Below, one piece after another: positions 41,899 to 52,564 of a DNA stretch of 64,000 nucleotides (the stretch's first letter is position 1; every line of letters begins with the position of its first letter). Location of the stretch: contig JAKPDW010000017.1 in assembly GCA_029552245.1 (NCBI GenBank), positions 48,368 through 112,367 of the forward strand, written 5' to 3'. Source of the stretch: Deltaproteobacteria bacterium (GTDB lineage Bacteria; Desulfobacterota; Desulfomonilia; UBA1062). The notes under the pieces are model-generated. The model did no database searches, was not told the origin of the DNA, and was given only the letters and a program-made list of their open reading frames with translations. The translations under genes and the position numbers were made by a program.

Positions 41899-42796
41899 CA
41901 AGACCGAAATCCCGACCGCCTCTGGGCTGCCCCGTGCACGGTCTGTGCCGAAGATCAGCCGGAAGGTTCCCGCGGTGCTTCTCTCCGCGCTCGCGGCGCT
42001 CTTCTCGCTCGCCCCGTTGAACGCCCGGGCGGAGATGATCGACGGGATAGCGGCCGTGGTGGAAGACACGGTCATCATGTACTCGGACGTGATCAAAAAG
42101 ATGAAAGACTTGGGCGCCGAGCAGTTCGACCGGGCGAGCGTCCGCCAGGTCCTCCAGATGATGGTCGAGGATGCAGTGGTGGAGAAGGTCTACCGCAGGC
42201 TGGGGCTGCCCCCGGTGGAGAAGGCCCAGGTGGAGCGGGTGAGCAGGGAGATGGCCGTGGACACCTCGAGCGCGAGGAGCTTCATCATGAAGTCGAACCT
42301 CATGGAACTCATGGTCAAATCCAGGGTGGTCATCACCGAGACCATGATCAGGGAGTTCTACGAGAACAGCGGCCAGTACAAGGGGGTCGAGTCGGTGCAC
42401 CTCCGACAGATCCTCGTGGAGAAAGACGAGGACAAGGCCTCGAGGGCCGTGGAGGCCCTCGGGTCGGGGAGGCCCTTCGAGGACGTGGCCCTCGAGTTCT
42501 CGGACGTGCTCCTCAATGGTTCCCCAGACATTGGGTGGGTGGCCGTAGACCACCTTGCCCCTGAGGTGAGAAAGGCCGTCGACGCCGCAAGGGAAGGCGG
42601 GGTCGCCGGGCCGGTACGCGTCGACGGGAGGATCCTCATCTACCAGGTCGTGGAGAGGGGCCTCAAGGGGGAAAAGACGCTCGACGAGGTGAGGGGGGAG
42701 ATCGTCGAGACGCTCGAGGCGAAGTACCGGGACGAGGCGTTCAGACACTGGATAGAGTCGGTGCAGGCCCAGTACTACGTGGGTATCTACCTCTGA
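41882..42796 (+). CDS. SurA-like peptidyl-prolyl cis-trans isomerase (N-terminal chaperone domain + PpiC/parvulin domain), secreted
   Basis: A signal-peptide-like segment (AVLLSALAALFSLAPLNARA) and a parvulin block (HLRQILVEKDEDKA...GWVAVDHLAPEV). The start is uncertain, because the ORF overlaps the mfd end by 17 nt. Confidence 0.7.
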   Translation: MSCASDKTEIPTASGLPRARSVPKISRKVPAVLLSALAALFSLAPLNARAEMIDGIAAVVEDTVIMYSDVIKKMKDLGAEQFDRASVRQVLQMMVEDAVVEKVYRRLGLPPVEKAQVERVSREMAVDTSSARSFIMKSNLMELMVKSRVVITETMIREFYENSGQYKGVESVHLRQILVEKDEDKASRAVEALGSGRPFEDVALEFSDVLLNGSPDIGWVAVDHLAPEVRKAVDAAREGGVAGPVRVDGRILIYQVVERGLKGEKTLDEVRGEIVETLEAKYRDEAFRHWIESVQAQYYVGIYL

Positions 42797-42857
42797 AGAA
42801 GACACCGGGCCGCACGCGAAGGTCGTGCGGACGGCGTCGGCGGCGGCGCCTAGGCCA

Positions 42858-45683
42858 ATGAAGGAATTCATCGAGATAAAGGGTGCCTGCGAGCACAACC
42901 TCAAGAACATAGACCTGCGTCTGCCGAGGAACAGGCTCATCGTCGTGACGGGCGTGTCCGGGTCCGGCAAGTCATCCCTCGCGTTCGACACGCTCTACGC
43001 CGAGGGGCAGAGGCGCTACGTCGAGTCGCTGAGCGCCTACGCACGGCAGTTCCTCGAGCAGATGCCCAAGCCCCAGGTCGAATCCATCGAGGGGCTCTCG
43101 CCCGCGATCGCCATCGAGCAGAAGGCCATGTCCAACAACCCCAGGTCTACGGTCGGCACGGTCACCGAGATCTACGACTATCTCCGCGTACTCTTCGCCC
43201 GGGTGGGCAGGCCCCACTGCTGGGAGTGCGGGAGGCCGATCGCGTCCATGACCGTCCAGCAGATGACGCAGGCCGTGGCGTCCCTCGGCCAGGGGAAGAG
43301 GGTGATGATCCTCGCCCCCGTCGTCGCCGACCGCAAGGGCGAGTACGCGAGGCTCTTCGATCGTCTCGCCAAGGACGGGTTCGTGCGGGTCATGGTGGAC
43401 GGGAAGCCCTACGACCTGGACGAACCGCCGAAGCTGGACAAGAACAGGAAACACACCATCGAGGTCGTGGTGGACCGCATCGTGATCAGGGAGGGGATAT
43501 CCCCGCGCCTGCACGACTCCCTGGAGACCGCCTGCAGGCTCTCGGACGGCGTCGTCAGGGTCGAGGAGGACGGCGGCGTCTCCCACGTCTACTCCGAGAG
43601 GCATGCCTGCCCGGTGTGCAACACCTTCCTGAGAGAGCTCTCGCCGAGGGTGTTCTCCTTCAACAACCCCCACGGCGCTTGTTCGGCCTGCCACGGCCTG
43701 GGCGTCCTCATCGAGGTGGACCCGGGGCTCGTGGTGCCCGACCCGTCGAGGTCCCTCTCGAGGGGAGCCGTCGCTCCATGGGGCGTGCCGCCGGGGACGT
43801 TCGCCATGAGGACCATCAGGCGTCTGGCTCGCCTGTTGTCATTCGACGAGGACACCCCCTTCGAGGATCTCCCGGAGTCGACGAGAAACGTCATCCTGTA
43901 CGGCGGCGTCATCGGGGGGCCTTACGGGGAGAGGTTCGAGGGGGTGATCCCCAACCTGGCGAGGAGACTCGCCGAGAGCGAGAACGGTGAGATCGGTGAG
44001 GACACCGCGTGCTACCTGAGCACGAGGACCTGCCCGTCGTGCAGGGGCGCGAGGCTCAAGAAGGAGGTGCTCCACGTGCTCGTGGGGTCGAAGAACATCG
44101 CCGAGTTGACGGACATGAGCGTGGACGAGCTCATGGGGTTCTTCGAGGGCCTGAGCCTCGAGGGCAAAGAGCAAGACATCGCGTCCAGGCTCGTCAAGGA
44201 GATCAAGGACAGGCTTGCCTTCATGAGCTCCGTGGGGATAGGCTATCTCACGCTCGGCAGGGCGTCGGGGACCCTGTCGTCAGGCGAGGCTCAGCGCATA
44301 CGGCTCGCCACCCAGATAGGGTCGGCGCTCATGGGTGTCCTCTACATCCTCGACGAGCCCACCATAGGGCTCCACCAGCGCGACAACGACCGGCTCATAG
44401 AAACGCTCAAACACCTGAGGGATCTCGGGAACACCTTGGTGGTGGTGGAACACGACGAGGACACGATCATGAACGCCGACTACGTGGTGGACATGGGCCC
44501 CGGTGCAGGCGAACTGGGCGGCGAGGTGGTCTTCGAGGGTCCGCCCGAGGACCTGCTCGGTCATCCGCTCTCCCTCACCGGGAAGTATCTCTCCGGGAGA
44601 CTGTCCATCCACATCCCCGAGAAGAGGCGCAGGCCGAAGGGGCCTCGCCTGAGGATCAGGGGGGCTTCCACGAACAACCTCAAGGGGATAGACGTCGATA
44701 TCCCGCTCGGGCTCTTCACGTGCATCACCGGGGTCTCGGGGTCCGGGAAGTCGAGCCTCGTCATCGACACGCTCTACCCGTACCTGAGGGCGGTCCTTGC
44801 CCGGGAGAGGATCCCCCAGGTCAAGGTGGCCTCCATCGGGGGCGCAGAGTACATCGACCGCGTCATCAACGTCGACCAGTCGCCGATCGGACGAACGCCC
44901 CGCTCGAACCCGGCCACGTACACGGGGCTCTTCACCCCCGTGAGGGAACTCTTCGCCATGCTGCCGGATGCCAAGGCGAGGGGGTACCGGCCGGGCAGGT
45001 TCAGCTTCAACGTCAAGGGCGGTAGGTGCGAGACGTGCGAGGGCGGCGGGCTCATCAGGATAGAGATGCACTTTCTGCCCGACGTGTACGTGGTCTGCGA
45101 CCAGTGCAGGGGCACCCGGTTCAACGAGGAGACCCTGTCCGTCAAGTACAAGGGGCGTTCCATCGCGGATGTCCTCGACATGACCGTGCGCCAGGCCCTG
45201 GAGTTCTTCGACGCCGTCCCGGCCATCAGGCGCAGGCTGAAGACCCTCGTGGACGTGGGGATGGACTATATACGGTTGGGACAGAGCGCCACGACGCTCT
45301 CCGGCGGCGAGGCCCAGCGGACAAAGCTCGCCAGGGAGCTGTCCAAGCGATCGAGCGGCCGTACGCTCTACATCCTCGACGAGCCCACCACCGGTCTCCA
45401 CTTCGACGACGTCAACAAGCTGCTCGTGGTTCTCCACCGCCTCGTGGACGAGGGGAACACGGTCGTGGTGATCGAGCACAACATGGACATCATAGCCTCT
45501 GCCGACCACGTGATCGACCTCGGTCCCGAGGGGGGCGACTCGGGGGGGTACGTGGTGGCCCAGGGGAGCCCCGAGGAGATCGCGGGAGAGTCCGCATCGC
45601 ACACCGGACGCTACCTCGCCGCCCACCTCGAGAAGAAGCGCCTCAAGCATGTCGTTCAGCAGGCACAGGGGGTGCGCGCATGA
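42858..45683 (+). CDS. uvrA: Excinuclease ABC subunit A
   Basis: Two ABC ATPase modules with zinc fingers (CPVCNTFL, CETCEGGG), Walker A motifs GVSGSGKSSL twice, and signature LSGGEAQR twice. Confidence 0.95.
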   Translation: MKEFIEIKGACEHNLKNIDLRLPRNRLIVVTGVSGSGKSSLAFDTLYAEGQRRYVESLSAYARQFLEQMPKPQVESIEGLSPAIAIEQKAMSNNPRSTVGTVTEIYDYLRVLFARVGRPHCWECGRPIASMTVQQMTQAVASLGQGKRVMILAPVVADRKGEYARLFDRLAKDGFVRVMVDGKPYDLDEPPKLDKNRKHTIEVVVDRIVIREGISPRLHDSLETACRLSDGVVRVEEDGGVSHVYSERHACPVCNTFLRELSPRVFSFNNPHGACSACHGLGVLIEVDPGLVVPDPSRSLSRGAVAPWGVPPGTFAMRTIRRLARLLSFDEDTPFEDLPESTRNVILYGGVIGGPYGERFEGVIPNLARRLAESENGEIGEDTACYLSTRTCPSCRGARLKKEVLHVLVGSKNIAELTDMSVDELMGFFEGLSLEGKEQDIASRLVKEIKDRLAFMSSVGIGYLTLGRASGTLSSGEAQRIRLATQIGSALMGVLYILDEPTIGLHQRDNDRLIETLKHLRDLGNTLVVVEHDEDTIMNADYVVDMGPGAGELGGEVVFEGPPEDLLGHPLSLTGKYLSGRLSIHIPEKRRRPKGPRLRIRGASTNNLKGIDVDIPLGLFTCITGVSGSGKSSLVIDTLYPYLRAVLARERIPQVKVASIGGAEYIDRVINVDQSPIGRTPRSNPATYTGLFTPVRELFAMLPDAKARGYRPGRFSFNVKGGRCETCEGGGLIRIEMHFLPDVYVVCDQCRGTRFNEETLSVKYKGRSIADVLDMTVRQALEFFDAVPAIRRRLKTLVDVGMDYIRLGQSATTLSGGEAQRTKLARELSKRSSGRTLYILDEPTTGLHFDDVNKLLVVLHRLVDEGNTVVVIEHNMDIIASADHVIDLGPEGGDSGGYVVAQGSPEEIAGESASHTGRYLAAHLEKKRLKHVVQQAQGVRA

Positions 45684-45728
45684 ACGAGGCGGGGGGGTGC
45701 GGGTGAGGCCGGTCTTTCCCCGGCGCCG

Positions 45729-45757
45729 TTGACGATGCCTTCAATCTGTTCTAGAGT
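45729..45757 (+). promoter_or_regulatory. Sigma70-like promoter candidate (TTGACG-17-TAGAGT) for SBP paralog 1
   Basis: The motifs and their spacing are read directly from the sequence, about 70 nt upstream of the start. Confidence 0.35.
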
Positions 45758-45829
45758 AAAAGCCAAGGGAAACAACACCCTGTTTGAAGGTCGTGGAGCA
45801 GTCCCTGCCATGGCTTGGGAGGAGAGTCA

Positions 45830-46852
45830 GTGAGGAGAGTCTCGGCCGTCGTCCTGTTTGTGTGTGCGTTGTCCGTCGTGCTGGCCCCCGGCGTGGCTCG
45901 ATGCGATGAGAGGAAGACCCGCATAGAGGTCCTCCAGGTGACCGACATCGAACCGTACCGCAGATCCCTCCAGGGGTTCCTCGGGGAGCTCGCGTCGAGC
46001 GGCTTCGTGGCCGGCAGGAACCTCGAGGTGAGGCGCAAGGTCATCGGGTTCGACATGGAGAGGGCGAACCTCTGGAGCAAGATCGCCGTGCTCATGCAGA
46101 TAAAGTCCGAGGCCATGCGCATAGCGGACGAGAAGCCCGACCTCGTCCTCACCATAGGGACGCCGTCCACCAAGTTCGCCAAGGACAAGATCATCCAGGC
46201 GGGCATCCCCCTGGTGTTCACGGCCGTGGCGATCCCGACTGCGGCAGGCTGCACGTCGCTCACGCATGCCGGTCAGGGGTTCACCGGCGCCACCCTCTAC
46301 ATGGACATGAAGGAAGCCCTCAGGCTCGTCAAACAAGCCTTCCCCGGGCTCACGACCATCGGCATGGTCCACAGCGACGACGAGAACGGCGTTGCGCACG
46401 TGGAAGAGGCCAAGAAGACTGCGCCGACGATGGGCATGAGGGTCTTGAGCAGGCAGGTGGACAAGAACAGCCCCCTGACCCCGGTCCTCGAGGAGCTCAG
46501 GGCTGAGGGCGTCGAGGCGTTCGCTGTCCCCCTCGACACGTACTACGGCATGCGAGACTACAGGGCCTGCCGGGAACTGGAGAGCTTCTCGCTCGCACGC
46601 AAGATCCCCGTGTTCAGCTTCGCGATGATGAAGGTGCCTGGCGCGATCCTCTACGTCGGGTCGGACTTCCAGGAGGTAGGGGCGCTCTCGGGCCAGCTCG
46701 CCGCGAAGATCATCAGGAAGGAGGCTGACCCGGACACGCTCCCCGTGGCGAGGCAGGAGGATCTCAGGGTCCTGGTGGACCCCAACATGCTCGAGAAGCT
46801 GGGGTGGAAACTGCCGCAGGAGATCCTGCAGATCGCGCAGAGCGTGTACTAA
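45830..46852 (+). CDS. ABC transporter substrate-binding protein, PF04392/COG2984 family, orphan (paralog 1)
   Basis: A signal peptide, then conserved blocks IEVLQV, PDLVLTIGTPSTKFAKD and IPLVFTAVA. No permease or ATPase gene is adjacent. The GTG start at 45830 follows GGAGGAG. Confidence 0.8.
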   Translation: MRRVSAVVLFVCALSVVLAPGVARCDERKTRIEVLQVTDIEPYRRSLQGFLGELASSGFVAGRNLEVRRKVIGFDMERANLWSKIAVLMQIKSEAMRIADEKPDLVLTIGTPSTKFAKDKIIQAGIPLVFTAVAIPTAAGCTSLTHAGQGFTGATLYMDMKEALRLVKQAFPGLTTIGMVHSDDENGVAHVEEAKKTAPTMGMRVLSRQVDKNSPLTPVLEELRAEGVEAFAVPLDTYYGMRDYRACRELESFSLARKIPVFSFAMMKVPGAILYVGSDFQEVGALSGQLAAKIIRKEADPDTLPVARQEDLRVLVDPNMLEKLGWKLPQEILQIAQSVY

Positions 46853-47104
46853 AAGAGGCGGGCCAGGGCTTGGCCCCTGGTCCTGCCATGCAGGGAATCC
46901 GAGGCCGCGGTTCTCGGGCGTCGAGGTCGCGGCTTGCCTTGCGCGTATACGGGAAGGAGCCTGTGGGCGGCGACCGAGGTGCCGGAGAGGACCGTCCATG
47001 ACCCGCTGATGGAGCAGCCATGGACGAATGCATCACCGGATAGCGGCGGTAGGACACGAGGGAACTTGAGGGAAAAAACCGAGGGGCATGAAGGAGGGAT
47101 GTTC

Positions 47105-48121
47105 ATGAAGAGGTTTGTCCTGGGTATATGCATATCGGTCTGCATGGTCCTGGCGATTGGCGCACAGACCCTGCACGCGGAGGAGATGTACAAGATAGAG
47201 GTACTCCAGGTTGCCAACGTTCGACCTTTCAAGCTCTGTTTCGACGGCTTCATGCAGGAACTCGCCAAGAACGGTCTCGTGCAGGGAAAGAACGTCACGG
47301 TCAGGAGGACGGTCATCGATTTCGACATCGAGAAGGGGGGCGTGTGGTCGAAGGTGGGGGTCCTGCTCCGCATCAAGAGCGAGGCCCAGAGGATAGCCGG
47401 GGTCAAGCCCGACCTCGTGCTCACCATAGGCACGCCCGCGACCAAGTACGCGAAGGACACGATCATCCAGGCGGGGATCCCGTTGGTCTTCGCATCGGTG
47501 GCCTTCCCCCAGTCCGCCGGGTGCAAGTCTCTGACCGAGGCAGGCAAGGGGTTCACGGGGGCGACCCTCTACATGAGCGTGAACGACGCCCTGAAGATCG
47601 TCAAGCTCGCCTTCCCCAAGGCGAACGTCATGGGGATCATCTACTCCGACGACGACAACGCGGTGGCCCACGTGGAGGAGGCCAAGAAGTACGGGCCGCC
47701 CCTGGGGATCCAGATCATCGCCAAGCAGGTGGCGAAGTCCGACCCCATCGGGCCCTCGGCCGAGGAACTCATCGCGAAGGGGGTGAAGGGGTTCATCGTG
47801 CCCCTCGACACGTACTACGGGCTCAGGGGTGAGCAGCCGTCCCATGATATCGGCGATATATCGCGCAAGAAGAATATCCCCGTGGTGAGCTTCATCTACG
47901 CGAAGACCCCGGGCGCGATCTTCTACGTGGGGTCCGACTTCCAGTTGAACGGTGTCCTGGCGGCGAGGCAGGCGGTCAAGATCCTCAAGGAGGGGGCCAA
48001 GCCGGAGAGCCTGCCCATCCTCAGGCAGGAGGACCTCATGATCATGGTGGACGTGGCACAGCTCAAGGCCATGGGCGTGGAACTCCCCATGGAGATCCTC
48101 AAGATCGCCAAGCCGCTCTAG
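47105..48121 (+). CDS. ABC transporter substrate-binding protein, PF04392/COG2984 family, orphan (paralog 2)
   Basis: A tandem paralog of 45830..46852 (KIEVLQVANVRPF, PDLVLTIGTPATKYAKD). The ATG at 47105 follows a GGAGGG RBS. Confidence 0.8.
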   Translation: MKRFVLGICISVCMVLAIGAQTLHAEEMYKIEVLQVANVRPFKLCFDGFMQELAKNGLVQGKNVTVRRTVIDFDIEKGGVWSKVGVLLRIKSEAQRIAGVKPDLVLTIGTPATKYAKDTIIQAGIPLVFASVAFPQSAGCKSLTEAGKGFTGATLYMSVNDALKIVKLAFPKANVMGIIYSDDDNAVAHVEEAKKYGPPLGIQIIAKQVAKSDPIGPSAEELIAKGVKGFIVPLDTYYGLRGEQPSHDIGDISRKKNIPVVSFIYAKTPGAIFYVGSDFQLNGVLAARQAVKILKEGAKPESLPILRQEDLMIMVDVAQLKAMGVELPMEILKIAKPL

Positions 48122-48443
48122 CGAGGGTGAGGGGGCGTGCCCTGGGGGGCCTCGGCCCCTCCTGACCGAGGCGTGACCCGACGGGAGCGTGCAGTCCGTT
48201 GACCCGGGGCGGGAGGGTCGGCCGGGGGCTTGGACAGGGAAAAGCGTTTTCCCGCCAACGTGTCCCGGTGCGCCCGCAGCCCCGCGCCGGGTTCCCCTGC
48301 GCGGTACAAGGATGGTACGCCCCCACTCCTGTGGGTCGGGTCTCGGCCGGCATCGTCGGGGCGGGGTGCCTCGTCTCCCCTGGCGGGCTCGCCGGCGGTC
48401 CTAAGCGGCAGGCGGGTTCGGGGGTGTGCCGGTCCCTTATGGC

Positions 48444-48472
48444 TTGACAACGTTTCTCCAAGTGGGTTAGAT
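48444..48472 (+). promoter_or_regulatory. Sigma70-like promoter candidate for the rpsP operon (TTGACA-17-TTAGAT)
   Basis: A consensus -35 hexamer with 17-nt spacing, about 70 nt upstream of rpsP. Confidence 0.45.
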
Positions 48473-48539
48473 CAGGCAACCTGTAGTGTAGAGGCAGAAG
48501 AGAGGATACACAGACACTTCGAAAGGGGAAAGCAACCCG

Positions 48540-48785
48540 ATGGCAGTTACCATACGACTCACCCGCGGCGGGGCATCGAAGAAGCCTTTCTATCGCGTCG
48601 TGGTGGCGGACTCCAGGTCCAAGCGCGACGGCAAGTTCATCGAGATCGTGGGCCACTTCGACCCCAAGTTCAGGCCCGACAGCATAGAGCTTGACATGGA
48701 CCGCATCAGAGAATGGGTCAGCAAGGGCGGGCAGGTTTCACCTGCGGTGAAGAAGCTCATGAAGGAGAAGGGACACACGCTCTGA
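48540..48785 (+). CDS. rpsP: 30S ribosomal protein S16
   Basis: [31 protein letters not shown], full-length match. Confidence 0.95.
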   Translation: MAVTIRLTRGGASKKPFYRVVVADSRSKRDGKFIEIVGHFDPKFRPDSIELDMDRIREWVSKGGQVSPAVKKLMKEKGHTL

Positions 48786-48830
48786 TCCTGTTTCTAGGCG
48801 ATTCTCACGCCGACCGCGAGGTGCAAGCCC

Positions 48831-49061
48831 ATGAGAGAACTCATCGAGTACATAGCGAAGGCGCTGGTGGACAACCCCGATGAGGTGAAGGTGACGGAGG
48901 TCGAGGGAGAGGTGACCTCGGTCATCGAGCTCAGGGTGGCCAAGTCGGATCTCGGAAAGGTCATTGGCAAGGAAGGCCGCACCGCACGGGCCATGCGGAC
49001 GCTCCTGACAGCCGCTTCCACCAAGATGAAGAAGAGGGCCGTCCTCGAGATCATCGAGTAG
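48831..49061 (+). CDS. KH domain RNA-binding protein (YlqC/UPF0109-like)
   Basis: [20 protein letters not shown] motif, in the conserved position between rpsP and rimM. Confidence 0.85.
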   Translation: MRELIEYIAKALVDNPDEVKVTEVEGEVTSVIELRVAKSDLGKVIGKEGRTARAMRTLLTAASTKMKKRAVLEIIE

Positions 49062-49065
49062 TCTC

Positions 49066-49569
49066 ATGTCCGAACGTGTCGAGATCGCACGGGTGACGGG
49101 CTCGCACGGGCTCAAGGGCAGGTTGCGCGTGACGGCCCTCGGCGGGACCCCCGAACACCTGGCCCGGTATTCGAAGTACTACATCGGTTCCCGGCTCTCT
49201 CCTTCCCGGGTGATTTCCCTGGAGATCAGGAAGAGGCACGCCGTCATCGCCCTCGAGGGGGTCGAGACCGTCGACCAGGCGAGGGCCCTCAAGGGCGAGC
49301 TCCTCTCGGTGTCGAGGGAAGACCTCCCCGATCTGGAGGAGGACTGGTACTACTGGCGCGATCTGGTGGGGCTCGTGGTCGAGGATTGCGACGGCCGCCG
49401 CCTGGGGACGGTCGTGAGGCTTTTCCCCACTGGCAGCAACGACGTGCTCGAGGTCGAGGGGGACAAGAGCTTCCTGGTGCCCTTCACCTCCGACGCCGTC
49501 AAGGAGGTATCGGTGGAGAACGGCCGCATGGTGGTCGACGCCGCCTTCCTGGCCGATCTCCTGGACTGA
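49066..49569 (+). CDS. rimM: Ribosome maturation factor RimM
   Basis: N-terminal RimM domain ([16 protein letters not shown]) plus a PRC barrel, in the conserved operon position. Confidence 0.9.
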   Translation: MSERVEIARVTGSHGLKGRLRVTALGGTPEHLARYSKYYIGSRLSPSRVISLEIRKRHAVIALEGVETVDQARALKGELLSVSREDLPDLEEDWYYWRDLVGLVVEDCDGRRLGTVVRLFPTGSNDVLEVEGDKSFLVPFTSDAVKEVSVENGRMVVDAAFLADLLD

Positions 49570-49571
49570 CC

Positions 49572-50300
49572 GTGGAGATATCGATCGTCACCCTCTTCCC
49601 GAGGATGTTCGAGGGCGTCTTCGGTGAAAGCATCATCGACCGGGCGGCAAGCCGCGGTCTCATAACCATCAGGATCGTGGACCTCAGGCAGTTCGGCATC
49701 GGCCGTCACCGCGTCGTCGACGATGCACCGTACGGCGGCGGCGGGGGCATGGTGCTCAAACCCGAGCCCATAGCCGCTGCGCTCGAGAGCCTGCCCGAGA
49801 GGGGAAGGGTGATCCTCACCACGCCCAGGGGCAGGACGTTCACCCAGAAAGACGCCCTCCGCCTGAGCAGGGAGCAGGCGATCACCATAGTGTGCGGGCA
49901 CTACGAGGGCGTGGACGAGCGGGTGAGCGCGTTGTTCGTGGACGAGGAGATTTCCGTGGGCGATTACGTCCTCACAGGCGGCGAGATCCCCGCCATGGCG
50001 ATAACGGACGCTGTGGTCAGGCTCATCCCCGGCGTACTCGGGACGGACAGCCTCGCCACGGGGGACTCTCACTATGCAGGGCTTCTCGAGCACCCCCACT
50101 ACACGAGGCCCAGGGTGTTCAGGGGCTTGAGCGTGCCCGAGGTGCTCGTCTCCGGGGACCACGAGGCCATACGGAGGTGGCGCCGGGAGAAGGCCGTCGA
50201 AAGGACACGGAAGGTCAGGCCGGATCTCCTCGTGTGTCGACCCGGCGACCCCGGGGATCAGGGGCACGAGAGAGACACGGGCGGGAACGATCGGTGCTGA
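49572..50300 (+). CDS. trmD: tRNA (guanine37-N1)-methyltransferase
   Basis: SPOUT TrmD motifs ([39 protein letters not shown]). The GTG start lies 3 nt after the rimM stop. Confidence 0.9.
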   Translation: MEISIVTLFPRMFEGVFGESIIDRAASRGLITIRIVDLRQFGIGRHRVVDDAPYGGGGGMVLKPEPIAAALESLPERGRVILTTPRGRTFTQKDALRLSREQAITIVCGHYEGVDERVSALFVDEEISVGDYVLTGGEIPAMAITDAVVRLIPGVLGTDSLATGDSHYAGLLEHPHYTRPRVFRGLSVPEVLVSGDHEAIRRWRREKAVERTRKVRPDLLVCRPGDPGDQGHERDTGGNDRC

Positions 50301-50815
50301 CGGTCGCCCTCATCCACTGGCCCTGCCTGGACAAGAACGGCCGCGAGGTTGCGACCGCGATCACGAACCTCGATATCCACGACTGCGCAAGAGCGTGCTT
50401 GACATACGGAGTCGATACACTCTATATCGTTCACCCAAACCCTGGCCAGCGGGCCTTTGCCGAGAGGCTGATGGACCACTGGCTCACGGGCGGCGGCGCA
50501 AGATACAACGCGTACCGCAGGGAGGCGCTCTCGATCGTGCGGGTGGTGCCGAACGTCGAGGACATCCGGAGTGCCACGAAGGCGTCTCTCATAGGGACCT
50601 CTGCGCACCGTTTTCCCGGGTCGATCACCTGGGCGGAGGCGAAACGCCGTGTTTCGGAAGGGGACGTGTGCATGGTCTTCGGCACCGGGTGGGGTATGGC
50701 GAGGCGCCTGGTGGAGTCCCTCGATGCCGTGGTGGAACCCATCCACGGCAAGGGCGCCTTCAACCACCTCTCGGTGCGCAGCGCCGTGGCGATCGCCCTT
50801 GACAGGGTAACATAG
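50294..50815 (+). CDS. Hypothetical protein, possibly a small SPOUT-class RNA methyltransferase (DUF2168-like) between trmD and rplS
   Basis: 173 aa. The start overlaps the trmD stop, and the gene is embedded in the ribosomal operon. The family assignment is tentative and based on weak motif resemblance only. Confidence 0.45.
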   Translation: MLTVALIHWPCLDKNGREVATAITNLDIHDCARACLTYGVDTLYIVHPNPGQRAFAERLMDHWLTGGGARYNAYRREALSIVRVVPNVEDIRSATKASLIGTSAHRFPGSITWAEAKRRVSEGDVCMVFGTGWGMARRLVESLDAVVEPIHGKGAFNHLSVRSAVAIALDRVT

Positions 50816-50824
50816 GAGGGAACG

Positions 50825-51169
50825 ATGGACATCCTTGACGCATTCGAAAAGGCGCAGATGAAGGAAGGGCTCCCGGAGATACGGATCGGCGACAAGGTCC
50901 GCGTCTCGACGAAGATCGTGGAGGGATCGCGTTCACGTTCCCAGGTCTTCGAAGGCATCGTGATCGCCCGGCACAGGGGTAACAACCGCGAGTCCATAAC
51001 GGTCCGAAAGCAGTCCTATTCGGTCGGGGTGGAGCGGGTCTTCCCCCTGCACGCGCCTTCCGTGGAGAAGATAGAGGTCGTCAGCCACTCCAAGGTCAGG
51101 CGCGCGAAGCTCTACTACATGCGGGGCCGCAAGGGAAAGCAGGCGCGCATGAAGGAGATCCGCTCCTGA
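50825..51169 (+). CDS. rplS: 50S ribosomal protein L19
   Basis: Full-length L19 match (RIGDKVRVSTKIVEG...RRAKLYY). Confidence 0.95.
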   Translation: MDILDAFEKAQMKEGLPEIRIGDKVRVSTKIVEGSRSRSQVFEGIVIARHRGNNRESITVRKQSYSVGVERVFPLHAPSVEKIEVVSHSKVRRAKLYYMRGRKGKQARMKEIRS

Positions 51170-51170
51170 G

Positions 51171-51761
51171 ATGTCTCTCGAAGACGAACTCAGGGCACAG
51201 GGCCACTGGCCGCTCTGCGGAGTGGACGAGGCAGGCAGGGGGCCGCTTGCCGGTCCGGTGGTGGCCGCTGCCGTCGTCTTGCCGCCGGGTTCCCCTCTCA
51301 GGCACGTGGTGATGGATTCGAAGTCCCTGAGCCCCTCGAGGCGCAACGCCATCCACAGGCTTCTCGTGTCCTCGCCCGAGGTTCGCTGGTCGGTCTCCGC
51401 AGTCGACCCCTCCACCATCGATCGCGTCAACATTCTCCGGGCGACGCTGACGGCCATGCGCCAGGCCGTGCTCAACCTGGGGGTCCAACCAGCCTTCGTG
51501 CTCGTGGACGGCAACGCGACACCCGATCTCGACTGTCCCTGCATGGCGGTCGTCAGGGGGGATGCGAGCGAGCCCTCCATCATGGCGGCGAGCATCATCG
51601 CCAAGGTCACGAGAGACGGGATCATGGCGGACATGGAACGGCTCTACCCGGGCTACGGCTTCGCCAGGCACAAGGGATACCCGACCCGGGAACACAGGGA
51701 GGCCCTTGCACGCCTCGGTGCCTGTCCCATACACAGGAGGTCCTTCAGGGGTGTGTCCTAG
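51171..51761 (+). CDS. rnhB: Ribonuclease HII
   Basis: N-terminal CGVDEAGRGPLAGPVV catalytic motif, 196 aa. Confidence 0.9.
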   Translation: MSLEDELRAQGHWPLCGVDEAGRGPLAGPVVAAAVVLPPGSPLRHVVMDSKSLSPSRRNAIHRLLVSSPEVRWSVSAVDPSTIDRVNILRATLTAMRQAVLNLGVQPAFVLVDGNATPDLDCPCMAVVRGDASEPSIMAASIIAKVTRDGIMADMERLYPGYGFARHKGYPTREHREALARLGACPIHRRSFRGVS

Positions 51762-52128
51762 GTCGGCCAGGGACCGTGGGGTCGAGGGTGAACGTCGTGC
51801 CAGGGAGTACCTGGTCTCCCGGGGGTACCGCATACTGGATGAGAACTTCAGGACCCGCAGGGGGGAGATCGATATCGTGGCCTCCAACGGGCGCGAGGTC
51901 GTCTTCGTGGAGGTCAAGTCCGCCGGGTCGGTCTCCTTCGGCGACCCGCTCTGCTGGGTGCCCAGGTGGAAGCAGGAGCGCATCGCCCTGGCTTCGGCGG
52001 TTTACCTGAGCAGGAAGAGGATGGATGACACGCCGGTGCGATTCGATGTGATCGCAGTCGGACCGTCCGGCGCGGTGAGGCATGTGCAGGATGCCTTCAG
52101 GCCCCAATCCCCCCAGTTTCGCCTGTGA
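51751..52128 (+). CDS. YraN family (UPF0102) predicted endonuclease
   Basis: GERRAREYLVSRGYRILDENFRTRRGEIDIV...FVEVK matches the YraN restriction-endonuclease-like fold motifs. The GTG start overlaps the rnhB end. Confidence 0.8.
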   Translation: MCPRSARDRGVEGERRAREYLVSRGYRILDENFRTRRGEIDIVASNGREVVFVEVKSAGSVSFGDPLCWVPRWKQERIALASAVYLSRKRMDDTPVRFDVIAVGPSGAVRHVQDAFRPQSPQFRL

Positions 52129-52564
52129 CAGGAACCTCGGCAGGCTCGCGAAGTGGTTGAGACTCATGGGCTTCGATACGCTCTACCTCAGGGACGATGA
52201 CCCGCACAGGCTCCTTGGCGCCGCCCTGTCCGGGAGGATAGTGCTCACGAGGAGGAGGGCCCTGAGGGGCAGACCTGGGGTCGTGGTCGTAGAGCGAGAC
52301 AGGGCCCTCGACCAGGTGAGGGAGGTCGTCTCCTCGCTCGGCCTGGAAGGTCCCCTCGATGCCTTTTCCCGGTGCTCCCTGTGCAACGAACCCCTCGTGG
52401 AGGAGACCCCAGAGGGTGTGAGCGGGCTCGTCCCCGACCACGTCCTTGCCACCAGGGATCGTTTCGCCAGGTGTCCCTCCTGCGGGCGAGTCTACTGGAA
52501 GGGTACACATCTCGACCGCGCCCGTGGTACAATGGAGGCCGTCTTCAGGGACAGAGAGCCATGA
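52082..52564 (+). CDS. Mut7-C RNase domain protein (PF01927/DUF82)
   Basis: N-terminal CDRNLGRLAKWLRLMGFD and a C-terminal zinc ribbon (CSLCN...CPSCGRVYWKGTH). The exact start is uncertain. Confidence 0.65.
   Translation: MCRMPSGPNPPSFACDRNLGRLAKWLRLMGFDTLYLRDDDPHRLLGAALSGRIVLTRRRALRGRPGVVVVERDRALDQVREVVSSLGLEGPLDAFSRCSLCNEPLVEETPEGVSGLVPDHVLATRDRFARCPSCGRVYWKGTHLDRARGTMEAVFRDREP

Noticed and set aside
38530-42096. Very long alternative-frame and antisense ORFs overlapping mfd (for example 39390-41723 + 777 aa and 39547-42096 - 849 aa). Similar cases are 2587-3873 -, 8436-9425 +, 13960-15918 - and 28240-29325 -.
   Set aside because: Their translations are low-complexity and R/G/P/A-rich with no recognisable motifs. 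They lie entirely inside, or antisense to, well-supported genes. This is the usual artefact of stop-codon-poor high-GC DNA.
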